Assembly (NCBI GenBank): GCA_041690355.1
Contig: JAWLHK010000013.1
Coordinates: 62,001 to 114,146 of the forward strand
Length of the DNA stretch: 52,146 nucleotides
Direction: 5' to 3'
Origin: a bacterium
GTDB lineage: Bacteria; J088; JAWLBW01
Made by a program: the position numbers and the translations under genes. The notes under the pieces were generated by a model. The model made no database searches. It saw only the letters and a program-made list of their open reading frames with translations, and was not told the DNA's origin. The stretch's first letter is position 1; the number at the start of each line of letters is the position of its first letter. Positions 36,059 to 44,846 of the stretch are shown in pieces.

Positions 36059-38410
36059 ATGCGTGCAAGTCTGAAATGGATTCGTGAGTTCATCGACCTC
36101 GCCGGCGCCGGCAACCTGGCGCACCGGCTCACCATGGCCGGCATCGAGGTCGAGGGCATCGAGAAACCGGGCGCCGGCAACGAGCGCCTCGTGATTGCCG
36201 AGGTCCGCAATGCGGAACCGGTAGCCGGAAAGTCGCTGCTCTTCTGCCGCGTCTTCGACGGCGCCGCCGAGCAGGAGGTCATCTGCGGCGACACGACCAT
36301 CCGCGCGGGCGAACGGGTGCTCTACGCGCCGCCGGGGAGCTTCGTGAACAGCCGCGACATCGGCCGCCGCAAGTTCGGCGACATCGAGAGCGCCGGCATG
36401 CTCTGCAGCCTCGAGGATACCGGTCTCGTCGACAAGAGCGACGCCGTGCTGCGTGTCGAGGCCGAGCCGGGAACGCCCTTCGAGAAGCTCATTGATCTGC
36501 AGGACGAGATCTGGGAGCTGAACATTACGCCGAACCGCGCCGACTGCCTTTCGCAGTGGGGCGTGGCCCGCGAGCTCGCCGCCATTTTCGAGCGCGAAGC
36601 TACGCTTCCCCCGCTGGAACTCGTGGCCACCGGCAAGGCCGAGGCGCCGTCGGTGACCCTCGAGGATGCCGATGCCTGCCCGCGCTACACGGCGCGCATC
36701 CTGCGCGGCGTGAAGATCGGCCCGAGCCCGCTCGCCGTGCGCATGCGGCTCGAGCGCTGCGGTGTGCGCGCCATCAACAACGTGGTCGACGCGACGAACA
36801 TCGTCCTGCTCGAGCTCGGGCAGCCCCTGCACGCCTTCGACCTGCGCAAACTCGCCGGCGGCCGCATCGTCGTGCGCCGCGCGAAAGCGGGCGAGATCCT
36901 GCGCACGCTGGATGACGTGGAGCGCAAACTGACCGGCGAGGATCTGATCATCGCCGATGCCGAACGGCCGGTGGCGCTGGCCGGGGTCATGGGGGGCGGT
37001 GACTCGGAAGTGAGCGAAGAGACCGTCGATATTCTGCTCGAGAGCGCGTGGTTCAACCCCGTCGTCGTGCGCAAGGGGGCCAAGCGCCACGGTATGCACA
37101 CCGAGGCGTCGCACCGCTTCGAGCGCGGCGTCGATCCGGCCATGGTGCGTCGCGCCAGCGATCGCTGTGCCGAGCTGATTCTCGCGTGGGCGGGCGGCGA
37201 GGCGGATCAGGCGATTGCCGAGGCGGGCCCCGGCGTCCCCACGCACGGGCCGGTGACCCTGCGGCTCGCGCGCCTCGAACGCATCCTCGGGATCGCCGTG
37301 TCGCCCGAGCGGGCAGCGGAACTCCTTCGGGGACTCGGCTGCGCCGTCGGCGAGGGCGGGGCAGGAGAGCTTTCGGTCACGCCGCCGACGTGGCGTCAGG
37401 ACCTGCACATCGAAGAAGACTTCATTGAAGAGGTCGTGCGCCTCTACGGCTACGACAAGCTCCCGGCTGGCGCGGGCGCGACGCCCCTCTCGCACGTTCC
37501 CGCGTCGCCGATCACACCGGCCGATCGCGTGCGCGACCTGCTGCGCGATGCGGGCTTCGGCGAAGTCATCGCCTACAGCTTCACGTCGCCGCAGAACCTG
37601 GCGTCGCTGGGCCTGAGCGATCACCGCGCGACGCCCATCGAGCTCGACAAGCCGCTGACGGTCGAACAGTCGGTCATGCGCACGACGCTGGCCGTGAGCC
37701 TGCTCGAGGCGGCCTCGCTGAACCACCGCCGCGGCAACACTCGCCTGCGTCTCTTCGACGTGAGCCGCGTCTTTCTCGCCGGCGATCCGCACGCTGAACC
37801 GGTGCACGCCGGCGCCATCGCCGTCGGTGAGTGGGACGCCTCTCTCTGGGGCGCGCGCGACCGCAAGGCCGACTTCTTCGATCTCAAGGGGATCGCCGAG
37901 GAGCTGATTGCGTCGTTCGGCGCCCGCGCGCGCTGGGAGCGCAGCACCGAACCGTTTCTGCACCCGGGCATGTCGGCCGATGTCTACCTCGGCGATGAGA
38001 AGGTTGGATGGGTCGGCGTGCTTCATCCGCGGGTGCTTCGGCACTTCGACCTTCCCGATGCGGTGGCCTTAGAGCTGAACGTCGACAAGCTGCCGGTCCG
38101 CGCGCGCAAGGCCATCGAAGCGCCCAGCCGGTTTCCCGCGGTCATGCGCGACGTGGCGTTCCTCGTCGACCGCAAGGTGCCGGCCGCCGGGCTCGAGGCG
38201 GCCCTCCGTTCGGCCGCGCCCGCGTGGCTGATCGACGTTGCCCTTTTCGACGTGTACGAGAGTGAAGCCCTCGGCGACCGGCGGAATCTCGCGTTTCACC
38301 TGCATTTCCAGTCGGTTACGGGAACGCTGCGGGATGAGGAGGTCGACGGAGCCGTCCAGGCCATGGTCGACGCCTGCACCCGGAAGACCGGGGCCGAGCT
38401 GCGCGCCTGA
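36059..38410 (+). CDS. pheT: Phenylalanine--tRNA ligase beta subunit
   Basis: ESAGMLCS, ITPNRADCLS, NNVVDATN, GQPLHAFD, RFERGVD, SRFPAVMRD. Confidence 0.97.
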   Translation: MRASLKWIREFIDLAGAGNLAHRLTMAGIEVEGIEKPGAGNERLVIAEVRNAEPVAGKSLLFCRVFDGAAEQEVICGDTTIRAGERVLYAPPGSFVNSRDIGRRKFGDIESAGMLCSLEDTGLVDKSDAVLRVEAEPGTPFEKLIDLQDEIWELNITPNRADCLSQWGVARELAAIFEREATLPPLELVATGKAEAPSVTLEDADACPRYTARILRGVKIGPSPLAVRMRLERCGVRAINNVVDATNIVLLELGQPLHAFDLRKLAGGRIVVRRAKAGEILRTLDDVERKLTGEDLIIADAERPVALAGVMGGGDSEVSEETVDILLESAWFNPVVVRKGAKRHGMHTEASHRFERGVDPAMVRRASDRCAELILAWAGGEADQAIAEAGPGVPTHGPVTLRLARLERILGIAVSPERAAELLRGLGCAVGEGGAGELSVTPPTWRQDLHIEEDFIEEVVRLYGYDKLPAGAGATPLSHVPASPITPADRVRDLLRDAGFGEVIAYSFTSPQNLASLGLSDHRATPIELDKPLTVEQSVMRTTLAVSLLEAASLNHRRGNTRLRLFDVSRVFLAGDPHAEPVHAGAIAVGEWDASLWGARDRKADFFDLKGIAEELIASFGARARWERSTEPFLHPGMSADVYLGDEKVGWVGVLHPRVLRHFDLPDAVALELNVDKLPVRARKAIEAPSRFPAVMRDVAFLVDRKVPAAGLEAALRSAAPAWLIDVALFDVYESEALGDRRNLAFHLHFQSVTGTLRDEEVDGAVQAMVDACTRKTGAELRA

Positions 38411-38484
38411 CCGCGGGGTAGCCTCAGGCCCTCCGGAGAGCGGACGTCGCCTCTTTGGCGGGTCCAGGGGTCGGTCCCCGTGAC

Positions 38485-38530
38485 GAAGCTTTTGATTTTG
38501 TTTGCCTTTTTCCGGTTTCTGGGGTAAACT
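38485..38530 (+). promoter_or_regulatory. ihfA promoter with adjacent IHF-like site
   Basis: TTGCCT(38502)-17 nt-TAAACT(38525); bottom-strand AATCAA-aagc-TTC at 38485-38497 near-matches WATCAANNNNTTR. Confidence 0.55.
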
Positions 38531-38561
38531 CCCCTTGAGCTGTCAGTTAGAAGGCCTGCCC

Positions 38562-38924
38562 ATGGGAAACACGGTTACCAAAGCAGACATCATCGAAGCC
38601 ATCAATCAGCGAATCGGTTACTCGAAGAAAGAGTCGGCCGAAATCGTCGAAGCCTTGCTGGAGTCGATCAAGGACTGCCTGGGACGCGGAGAAAAGGTGA
38701 AAATCTCGGGGTTTGGCAACTTCGAGGTCCGATCCAAGAATCCGCGCATCGGCCGCAACCCGCAGACCAAAGAAGAAATTGAGATCTCGGCCCGCCGCGT
38801 GCTCACCTTCAAGCCCAGCCAGGTCATCAAGAAGCTCATGAACGGCGGGCGCGACGTCGACGGCGACCTCGGTGACGATACCGAAGCCACCGACACCGAC
38901 ATCAAGGTTGAGCCGGTCGCCTGA
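38562..38924 (+). CDS. ihfA: Integration host factor subunit alpha
   Basis: [32 protein letters not shown]; canonical position after pheT. Confidence 0.95.
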   Translation: MGNTVTKADIIEAINQRIGYSKKESAEIVEALLESIKDCLGRGEKVKISGFGNFEVRSKNPRIGRNPQTKEEIEISARRVLTFKPSQVIKKLMNGGRDVDGDLGDDTEATDTDIKVEPVA

Positions 38925-38932
38925 GCCGCCGC

Positions 38933-39349
38933 ATGTCGAAGCCGGCGATCCCCGACAAAATGTTCTTTAAAATCGGCGAGGTGGCGAAGATCACCGGCGT
39001 CAAGCCGTATATTCTTCGCTACTGGGAAACCGAGTTTCCGCACCTGAAGCCGAGCAAGGGGCGCTCGCAGCATCGCCTCTACCGCCGCCGCGACGTCGAA
39101 GACATCCTGCGCATCAAGCAGCTGCTGTACGAAGAGAAGTTCACCATCGCGGGCGCCAAGCAGGTGCTGCGCCATGGTCCCGACGAGGTCGAACCCGTCG
39201 TCGCCCCTGCGCCGCCCGTCGCGGCCGCCCCCGCAGCGCCCGTTCCCACGCCGACCGCGGTCGGCCCGGCCGCATCGATGGACCCGCAGCGCAAGGCCCG
39301 CTTGCGCAGCGAGCTGCTGGCCATTCGCGAGCTGGTGACGCGGCTCTGA
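38933..39349 (+). CDS. MerR-family HTH regulator
   Basis: [34 protein letters not shown]; conserved pheT-ihfA-merR-tRNA-Pro synteny. Confidence 0.92.
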   Translation: MSKPAIPDKMFFKIGEVAKITGVKPYILRYWETEFPHLKPSKGRSQHRLYRRRDVEDILRIKQLLYEEKFTIAGAKQVLRHGPDEVEPVVAPAPPVAAAPAAPVPTPTAVGPAASMDPQRKARLRSELLAIRELVTRL

Positions 39350-39368
39350 CCTCACCCGCGTTCTGAGA

Positions 39369-39424
39369 CCTCACCCCCGTCGACGCTTTGCGTCGTCGGC
39401 CCCTCTCCTTCGCAAGGAGAGGGG
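39369..39424. repeat. REP-like palindromic element (CCTCACCCC...CCCTCTCC/GGAGAGGG type)
   Basis: CCTCACCCCC, GACGC-ttt-GCGTC hairpin, then CCCCTCTCCTT-cgc-AAGGAGAGGGG. Confidence 0.55.
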
Positions 39425-39451
39425 GATCTGTGAATCTTCTCCTTGCAGGCG

Positions 39452-39493
39452 GACAGGCGACTGCGGACGGATGACTGTCGACTGATGACCGCC
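39452..39493. repeat. Degenerate heptamer tandem array (GACNGNN x6)
   Basis: gacaggc gactgcg gacggat gactgtc gactgat gaccgcc. Confidence 0.6.
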
Positions 39494-39502
39494 GGTTTTC
39501 CC

Positions 39503-39531
39503 GTGACAGAACCCCGGGTTCCTGCTACACT
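39503..39531 (+). promoter_or_regulatory. Sigma70 promoter for tRNA-Pro
   Basis: GTGACA-17 nt-TACACT with TG extension. Confidence 0.65.
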
Positions 39532-39554
39532 GATGGATTCTTGCGTGATTCAGT

Positions 39555-39631
39555 CGGGGCGTAGCGCAGTCTGGTAGCGCACACGTCTGGGGGGCGTGTG
39601 GTCGTGGGTTCAAATCCCGCCGCCCCGACCA
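39555..39631 (+). tRNA. tRNA-Pro(GGG)
   Basis: CGGGGCG/CGCCCCG acceptor, CACGT-ctGGGgg-GCGTG anticodon arm, GGTTCAAATCC, encoded CCA. Confidence 0.97.
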
Positions 39632-39636
39632 TCTTG

Positions 39637-39676
39637 AAAGCCTCAGGAGACCTGGTTCTCCTGGGGCTTTTGTTTT
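39637..39676 (+). terminator. Terminator after tRNA-Pro
   Basis: AAAGCCTCAGGAGA-loop-TCTCCTGGGGCTTT plus T tract. Confidence 0.8.
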
Positions 39677-39792
39677 GTCGGCTGGCCGACCGTGTTCTCG
39701 GTGCAGACTCGCGACGGTTTCTCCGTGGATAACAAGCGTCACAAACCGGCGCTCGAGGCGTATGCGGACGATAGTCGCAGCCGCAGGCGTCG

Positions 39793-40278
39793 CTATACCG
39801 GTTTGGCGTCTTGGGGAAGGGAGAGAAGTTCCTCCAATCGATCAAAGAACGCCCGCTTCCAGTATGGGATTCCAAAGGTCTTCGTGAGCCAGGCATAGAG
39901 CGGTTTCAATTTGGTGTACCGCACCGTGACGATGTATGTATATTGAACGCGCGTGCCTTCGGGATCATCAAGAAGCAGGAGCTCCTCTTCGCCGGTTGTG
40001 TTGAACGTGATATTGTGCGTGGCGCATCGGTACCCCTGTCCGGGCAGGAGCTCAGCTTCGATGTTCACCCTGACATCGGGAAATATTTTTCCGAACGACG
40101 CAGCCAACGCCTCGATCGTCAGCCGGTTTCCGTCCCGCTTTACGATCTTGATGTCCCGGGCAACTTTGGGAAACCGCTCCGGAAATCGCTCCCAATCTGA
40201 AACGATTGCGTAGACGTCTTCCCGCTTCGCCTTCAGTACCCAGCTGCCTTTCACTTCCACTTGATTCGACTTCTGCAT
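39793..40278 (-). CDS. SRPBCC/START-like (polyketide cyclase) family protein
   Basis: LKAKREDVYAIVSDWERFPERFP N-terminal SRPBCC pattern, GTRVQY, C-terminal helix. Confidence 0.72.
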   Translation of the reverse strand: MQKSNQVEVKGSWVLKAKREDVYAIVSDWERFPERFPKVARDIKIVKRDGNRLTIEALAASFGKIFPDVRVNIEAELLPGQGYRCATHNITFNTTGEEELLLLDDPEGTRVQYTYIVTVRYTKLKPLYAWLTKTFGIPYWKRAFFDRLEELLSLPQDAKPV

Positions 40279-40569
40279 AGGTTCTCTCTGGTTAACCGAT
40301 CGTTCTTCAGGAAAGCGGCGTCCCATGTCCAAGGGCTGGGCACTTGGACAGTCGTGCACGACTTATGTAGTAGCCCCGATAATGAGGTTGATCTCGTCCG
40401 TACGGCCTGACGCCATGTTCGCTGTTCCTCTTTCAACGGCACGACACGCGCGACTCCATGGAGAAACGGAAAACTCGCGGTGGGCACACGGGCTGAACCG
40501 TCAACTTATTGTGCCACGTCGGGCGTTTGCCAGCTTCAGGCGTGAGTACGGCGCTTTCCGACTGATTGA

Positions 40570-40630
40570 GGTTCAAATCCCGCCGCCCCGACCCTCTTGA
40601 AAGCCTCAGGAGACCTGATTCTGGGGCTTT
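40570..40630 (+). repeat. Direct repeat of tRNA-Pro 3' end plus damaged terminator
   Basis: ggttcaaatcccgccgccccgacc(c)tcttgaaagcctcaggagacctg...ctggggcttt. Confidence 0.9.
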
Positions 40631-40866
40631 CGTTTTTTCGCAGGCGCCGGCTCTCGTGAACGGCGCTCCTCCAGGATGGCATCGGACAGCGAAGGTCCCT
40701 TGCCAATCAGTTTTGGACCCGGCTGTTTCCATGCCGGCGTCCTTGGCGGACCAATATACGCGATCACTTTCCCGTGGCGTTGAAGGGCGAGCGTCTCGCC
40801 TTGCTCGACCTGCCGGAGAATGCTGGACATGTGACGGCGAAAATCGGTGAGGGAACAGGTTTTCAT
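40606..40866 (-). CDS. Phd/YefM-family antitoxin, orphan, reading through into the att repeat
   Basis: MKTCSLTDFRRHMSSILRQVEQGETLALQRHGKVIAYIGP; SLSDAILEER tail. Confidence 0.8.
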   Translation of the reverse strand: MKTCSLTDFRRHMSSILRQVEQGETLALQRHGKVIAYIGPPRTPAWKQPGPKLIGKGPSLSDAILEERRSREPAPAKKRKPQNQVS

Positions 40867-41010
40867 ACAAGCAGAATAGCCTATTCTTCCACGTGTTCTG
40901 CGGGGAGACCGGGCGGGTGCCATCGCCGAAGTGGCATAGCACCAATCCCACCCCTACCTCCCTCAGGCCGCTCCCTGCTACACTCAAGCTTTTCCCTCCT
41001 GGAGGAGATC

Positions 41011-41577
41011 ATGGCTGTGGCCAAGAAGAAATTAGTGAAGAAGTCCGTGAAGACCGCGAAACCCGCTGCGCGCAAAGCCGCCAGGCCGGCCCCGAAGGCC
41101 AAGGCGGCCCCAAGGAAACCGGTGCAGAAACCGGTGACGAAGCCGGCGAAGAAGACCGCCGTGAAACCTGCGGCCAAGAAGAAGGCTTTCGCGAAAGCGA
41201 AACCGGCGAAGATCGTGCGCAAGCTGATTTCGTCCGGTTCCGCGTGGGAGCCGAAGCTGGGCTACTCGCGTGCCGTGCGCGTGGGGAACGTCATTCACGT
41301 TTCGGGCACGACCTACGGCGGCGCGAGCGACGTGTATGGCCAGGCGAAGGGGGCCATCGACACGATCCTCTCGGCCGTGGCGCCTGAAGGGGGCCGCGCG
41401 GAACATGTGGTGCGCACGCGCATCTACATGACCGACATTTCGCAGTGGCAGGAAGTGGCCCGCGCCCACGGCGCAGTGTTCGGGGAGATCCGCCCGGCGA
41501 CGGTCATCGTCGAGGTCTCGAAGCTCATCGATCCGAGCCTGCACGTGGAGATCGAAGCCGAGCTGGTCCTCGGGTAG
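41011..41577 (+). CDS. RidA/YjgF-family protein with Lys/Ala/Pro-rich N-terminal extension
   Basis: SD GGAGGAG; SGSAWEPKLGYSRAVRVG, VSGTT, VVRTRIY, IRPA, VEIEAE. Confidence 0.9.
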   Translation: MAVAKKKLVKKSVKTAKPAARKAARPAPKAKAAPRKPVQKPVTKPAKKTAVKPAAKKKAFAKAKPAKIVRKLISSGSAWEPKLGYSRAVRVGNVIHVSGTTYGGASDVYGQAKGAIDTILSAVAPEGGRAEHVVRTRIYMTDISQWQEVARAHGAVFGEIRPATVIVEVSKLIDPSLHVEIEAELVLG

Positions 41578-41637
41578 GGGGCCGATCGCCAAGCGCTGAG
41601 CACTGAGCGCTGACCGGCAAGGGCTGTGCATTCACCG

Positions 41638-41672
41638 AAGGGCGAGGGAATCACCTCGCCTTTTTCTTTTTT
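41638..41672 (+). terminator. Intrinsic terminator
   Basis: AAGGGCGAGG-gaatca-CCTCGCCTTT plus T tract. Confidence 0.8.
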
Positions 41673-42003
41673 CCTTTACGACTCAATTACTGTCCAAGAT
41701 CGGGCACACGAGCTGTTGGGAGCCGTGAGACTTCGCTTCCGGTCTTCATTCATAGCAATTAGGTTGGCACTTTTATGGTCTGCCGGAAACCGTTCGCCCC
41801 GAGCAGGTCGAGGGGCCAGAGTGTCTGCGCGACCTTGCTCGTGGCATGAGTCAATTGTCCTCGAACACGGTGTTCACGCGACGCTGGGCCTTCGAGACGC
41901 CGGTGACGTTACCCTTGGGATACCATGCCGCCGAATTGACTCCTGATTCTCAAGGCCCGGCTCCTCAGGCCGAACGGTCACCACCTGAATCTATTTTGGA
42001 CAA

Positions 42004-42038
42004 GACTGACGACTGCTGACTGCAGACTGACGACTGAC
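42004..42038. repeat. Heptamer tandem array (GACTGNN x5)
   Basis: gactgac gactgct gactgca gactgac gactgac. Confidence 0.8.
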
Positions 42039-42332
42039 TCACGCCCCCTCCACCGCCTCCCGCAGCTCCAGATACTCCTGCAGCACCTCCCGGTACAACT
42101 CGCTGATCGCTCCCGGATCGGACCACCGGGCCACCATTCGCGTCGCCAGGAGCACGGTTTCGAGCAGATACAGTCTGCGCAGCTGCTGCACGCGAAGGGG
42201 GACGGCCGGACCGTGCAGCGCGGCGGCAAGTCCGCTCCGCGCCATGCGCCAGACGTGCAGCGGATACAGATAGATGCGGGCCAGGTGGAACACGAATAAC
42301 ATGCGCGACCTCCGGGGAAGCAGGGACAGCAT
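42039..42332 (-). CDS. Small hypothetical helical protein
   Basis: GC3-biased codons, protein-like composition (LRRLYLLETVLL...LYREVLQEYLELRE); start uncertain. Confidence 0.5.
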   Translation of the reverse strand: MLSLLPRRSRMLFVFHLARIYLYPLHVWRMARSGLAAALHGPAVPLRVQQLRRLYLLETVLLATRMVARWSDPGAISELYREVLQEYLELREAVEGA

Positions 42333-42676
42333 AGCGCGTAAATCGGACAAGGGCTGTCCGCGACCTGCGACCCTGCATTCCCTGAAAGACCCGCCGCCGG
42401 AGGCCCTGGGAAACCCGGGCGCACGTCCCCCCGAAGCAGCGCGAGGGGGCTATCCTCGTGCACCGTTGCACCGCTCGCCGGAATTGGCCCCCTGAGTGCC
42501 GGAGCGCTCCGAGCTCGCCGCACGCCCTGGGAATCGAGGGTAAACCGGCGGCGTCCACGCGACCGACGGTGCACTCTGGTTTTGGGTCCCCCGGCCGGGG
42601 GACGACAGGGGGGCCTTTGAGCGGACGACCCAAGGCCTTTCCGCTACAATAACCCTTTTGTCCGCGAGGTTTCCCG

Positions 42677-43720
42677 ATGGCCCATCGCTTCCTTCAGGCC
42701 TGTTTCCGCCAGCCCGTCGACCGCGTCCCCGTGTGGATGATGCGCCAGGCCGGCCGCTACCTGCCGGAGTACCGCGCCGTACGCGCGCAGCACACCTTTC
42801 TCGAGATGTGCAAGAAGCCCGAAATCGCCACCGAGGTGACCCTGCAGCCCATCGACATCCTCGGCGTCGACGCGGCCATCCTCTTCAGTGACATCCTCAT
42901 CCTGCCCGAAGCGATGGGAATCGAGCTTCGCTTCCGCCCCGACCACGGCCCCGAGTTCCCCACCCCCGTGCGCACGGCCGCCGACGTCGAACGCCTGCAC
43001 GTCCCCGATCCGCGTAAGGACGTTCCCTTCGTGCTCGAGGCCATCCGCCGGATCCAGGACGGGCTGCGCGGACGCGTTCCCCTCATCGGCTTCGCCGGCG
43101 CTCCGTTCACGGTCGCGAGCTACATGGTCGAAGGGGGCGGCAGCAAGGACTATCGGAACATCAAGACGATGGCGCTCGCCGAGCCCGAAACCTTCGACCG
43201 GCTCATGACCAAGGTCACCGACGCGACCATCGCCTACCTCAACGCGCAGATTGAAGCCGGCGCGCAGGCCGTACAGCTCTTCGACACCTGGGCGGGCGCG
43301 CTTCCCGAGTGGCTGTATCTGGAACGCGTGTTCCCCCACGTCCAGCGCATTTTCGCCGCCCTCACGCGCGAGCGGAATGGAGAGCGGATCGCGACCATTT
43401 ACTTCGCCAAAGGGGCGGGGCAGTGGTTCTCGAAAGTCGTTGGTGCGGGGGCCGACGTGCTCGGCGTCGACTGGACGCTCGATCTCGGCCACGCCCGAAC
43501 CATCGTCGGCGAGCGGGTGGCGCTGCAGGGGAATCTCGATCCGGCCACGCTGCTCGCGCCGCCCGAAGTCATCCGGCGTGAAGTCCGGCGCGTGCTCGAT
43601 TCCTACGGCGACGCACCCGGCCACATCTTCAACCTCGGCCACGGCATCACCCCCGAGGTGCCGCCTGCGCACGCGAAGGCGATGATCGAGGCCGTGCACG
43701 AATTCGGCACGCGCGGATAA
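42677..43720 (+). CDS. hemE: Uroporphyrinogen decarboxylase
   Basis: PVWMMRQAGRYLPEY, AAILFSDIL, LIGFAGAPFT, LQGNLDP, IFNLGHGI. Confidence 0.98.
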   Translation: MAHRFLQACFRQPVDRVPVWMMRQAGRYLPEYRAVRAQHTFLEMCKKPEIATEVTLQPIDILGVDAAILFSDILILPEAMGIELRFRPDHGPEFPTPVRTAADVERLHVPDPRKDVPFVLEAIRRIQDGLRGRVPLIGFAGAPFTVASYMVEGGGSKDYRNIKTMALAEPETFDRLMTKVTDATIAYLNAQIEAGAQAVQLFDTWAGALPEWLYLERVFPHVQRIFAALTRERNGERIATIYFAKGAGQWFSKVVGAGADVLGVDWTLDLGHARTIVGERVALQGNLDPATLLAPPEVIRREVRRVLDSYGDAPGHIFNLGHGITPEVPPAHAKAMIEAVHEFGTRG

Positions 43721-43729
43721 GAGCGAACC

Positions 43730-44686
43730 ATGAAAGCGGTCGTGCTCTTCAACCTCGGGGGACCCGATGCGCCGGAAGCGGTCGAGCCGTTTCTTGCGAA
43801 TCTCTTCGGCGATCCCGACGTCATCCGCTTTCCCGCGTGGCTGCGCTGGCTGCAGCCGACCTTCGCGCGCCGCATCGCCAGAAAGCGCGCCCCCGAGTCG
43901 GCCGGGAACTACGCGAAGATCGGCGGGCGCAGTCCGCTGCTGCCGAATACCGAAGCGCAGGCGCGCGGGCTCGAGCAACGGCTCGGATCCGAATACCGCG
44001 TCTACATCATCATGCGCTACTGGCACCCGCGTGCGGCCGAGGTGCTCGAGCAGATCCGCGTGGCGGATCCGGAAGAGCTGATCTTCCTTCCGCTCTATCC
44101 CCAGTACTCGATCAGCACCACGGCGGCGAGCGTGAACGAGGTGGAAAAAATTCTGGCGGAGATGGACTGGAATCCACGGCGCCGCCTGATTCACCACTGG
44201 CATGACCGGCCAGGCTTCGCGGAAAATGTGGCCGCGACCATCCGCGAGTCGCTGGGCGATCGCGATCCCGCCGGCGCCCACCTGCTCTTCAGCGCCCACG
44301 GCGTGCCCGTCTCCTACGTGACGAAGTACGGGGATCCCTACCAGCAGCATGTGGAAGAGACCGTGCGGGCCGTGATGGCCCTGCTTCCGCCCGCGCTCGA
44401 GCATTCGCTGTGCTATCAGTCGCGCGTGGGTCCCGTGAAGTGGCTGCAGCCCGACATCGCCGACGAGCTGGAGCGCCTGGCCGCGCTCCCGGAGCGAAAG
44501 ACGGTGCTTCTCTATCCGGTCAGCTTCGTCTCAGAGCACATCGAGACCCTGTTCGAACTCGACATTCTCTATGGCGACCTTGCGCGCGAACGCGGGCTCG
44601 ACTACGTTCGCGTTCCCGCGCTGGGCGAACGCCCGGAATTCCTCGATTTCCTCGCCGGCGTCGTGTGCGCCCCGGAGGAATCCTGA
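43730..44686 (+). CDS. hemH: Ferrochelatase
   Basis: NLGGP, IGGRSPL, MRYWHP, PLYPQYS, FSAHG, YQSRVG, FVSEHIETLFELD. Confidence 0.96.
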   Translation: MKAVVLFNLGGPDAPEAVEPFLANLFGDPDVIRFPAWLRWLQPTFARRIARKRAPESAGNYAKIGGRSPLLPNTEAQARGLEQRLGSEYRVYIIMRYWHPRAAEVLEQIRVADPEELIFLPLYPQYSISTTAASVNEVEKILAEMDWNPRRRLIHHWHDRPGFAENVAATIRESLGDRDPAGAHLLFSAHGVPVSYVTKYGDPYQQHVEETVRAVMALLPPALEHSLCYQSRVGPVKWLQPDIADELERLAALPERKTVLLYPVSFVSEHIETLFELDILYGDLARERGLDYVRVPALGERPEFLDFLAGVVCAPEES

Positions 44687-44846
44687 TGCGCCTTTCCGTA
44701 TTCGGCATGCCGTCCGAATTCCGGATGCGATCCGTAGCCGACCTCGGGTTCCCGTTGGAATCGAGTCCCGGAGGGACGGCTCTGGGTTTCCCGGGACGGA
44801 AGTCCCGGGGTCGGCGTGTTCCGCGCGAGCACCGGAGGAACCCCTG

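Larger units (their letters stand above)
39607..40630. mobile_element. Integrase-less genomic islet bounded by duplicated tRNA-Pro 3' end (attL/attR-like)
   Basis: 39607-39670 repeated near-identically at 40570-40630. Confidence 0.8.

Noticed and set aside
40570-40594. Second tRNA-Pro gene
   Set aside because: Only the T arm and 3' acceptor strand are present and CCA is mutated; it is an att-like repeat
42004-42038. CRISPR array
   Set aside because: 7-nt tandem units without spacers; no cas genes in the window
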